Shown here in pieces: positions 63,926 through 64,000 of a stretch of 64,000 nt of DNA (position 1 is its first letter; the number at the start of each line of letters is the position of its first letter). The notes under the pieces were generated by a model, which had not been told where the DNA came from, did not search any database, and saw nothing but the letters and a program-made list of their open reading frames with translations. The position numbers were made by a program, and so were the translations under genes. Source of the DNA: an uncultured cyanobacterium. Its GTDB lineage: Bacteria > Cyanobacteriota > Cyanobacteriia > Leptolyngbyales > Leptolyngbyaceae. Location: assembly GCA_963766075.1 (NCBI GenBank), contig CAVYAN010000053.1, forward strand, positions 1 to 64,000. Direction: 5' to 3'.

Positions 63926-64000
63926 AACGTAGTTCCTCCTTGGAGAAATCTAAGGGGAGAAAAGCTTCAGATGGGCTGACTTAGTTCAGAGGACCTGAAA

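Noticed and set aside
1..64000. tRNA, rRNA, integrase, transposase
   Set aside because: None recognised by eye; a tRNAscan/Infernal/HMM run would be needed to exclude divergent cases

Overview
Positions 1-~62,160 read as a large part of a tailed phage or prophage (siphovirus-like, lambda-type tail tip). A cyanobacterial host is inferred from the very frequent HIP1 octamer GCGATCGC, a cyanobacterial-type DnaB and several cyanobacteria-type small proteins. Layout: an early region of small + strand genes driven by repeated sigma70-like promoter/hairpin units (~1.9-9.7 kb); a - strand DNA metabolism/replication arm (two-domain glycosyltransferase, HNH, ASCH, DNA methyltransferases, ParB-MTase fusion, DnaB, initiator with palindromic iterons; 9.7-20.1 kb); a + strand arm with a PNKP (20.3-24.1 kb); and a - strand morphogenesis module (tail tip J/I/K, M15 endolysin, 3324-aa multi-enzyme tape measure, frameshifting tail chaperone, tube, head-tail genes, capsid, protease, MuF-like, repeat fibre, TerL). 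The portal is inverted and sits beside a self-contained cassette encoding a secreted peptide and a divergent membrane-anchored GGDEF protein. At ~62,160 the sequence switches abruptly to HIP1-free DNA (truncated CPBP-like gene, Hsp20) that looks like another organism, probably an assembly chimera. I saw no integrase, CRISPR array, tRNA or reverse transcriptase. The best novelty candidates are the GGDEF cassette with an altered specificity residue (plus a 2H phosphodiesterase on the same phage), the multi-domain tape measure protein, and two families of repeated non-coding hairpin elements. All protein calls come from motif recognition by eye; no database searches were run.
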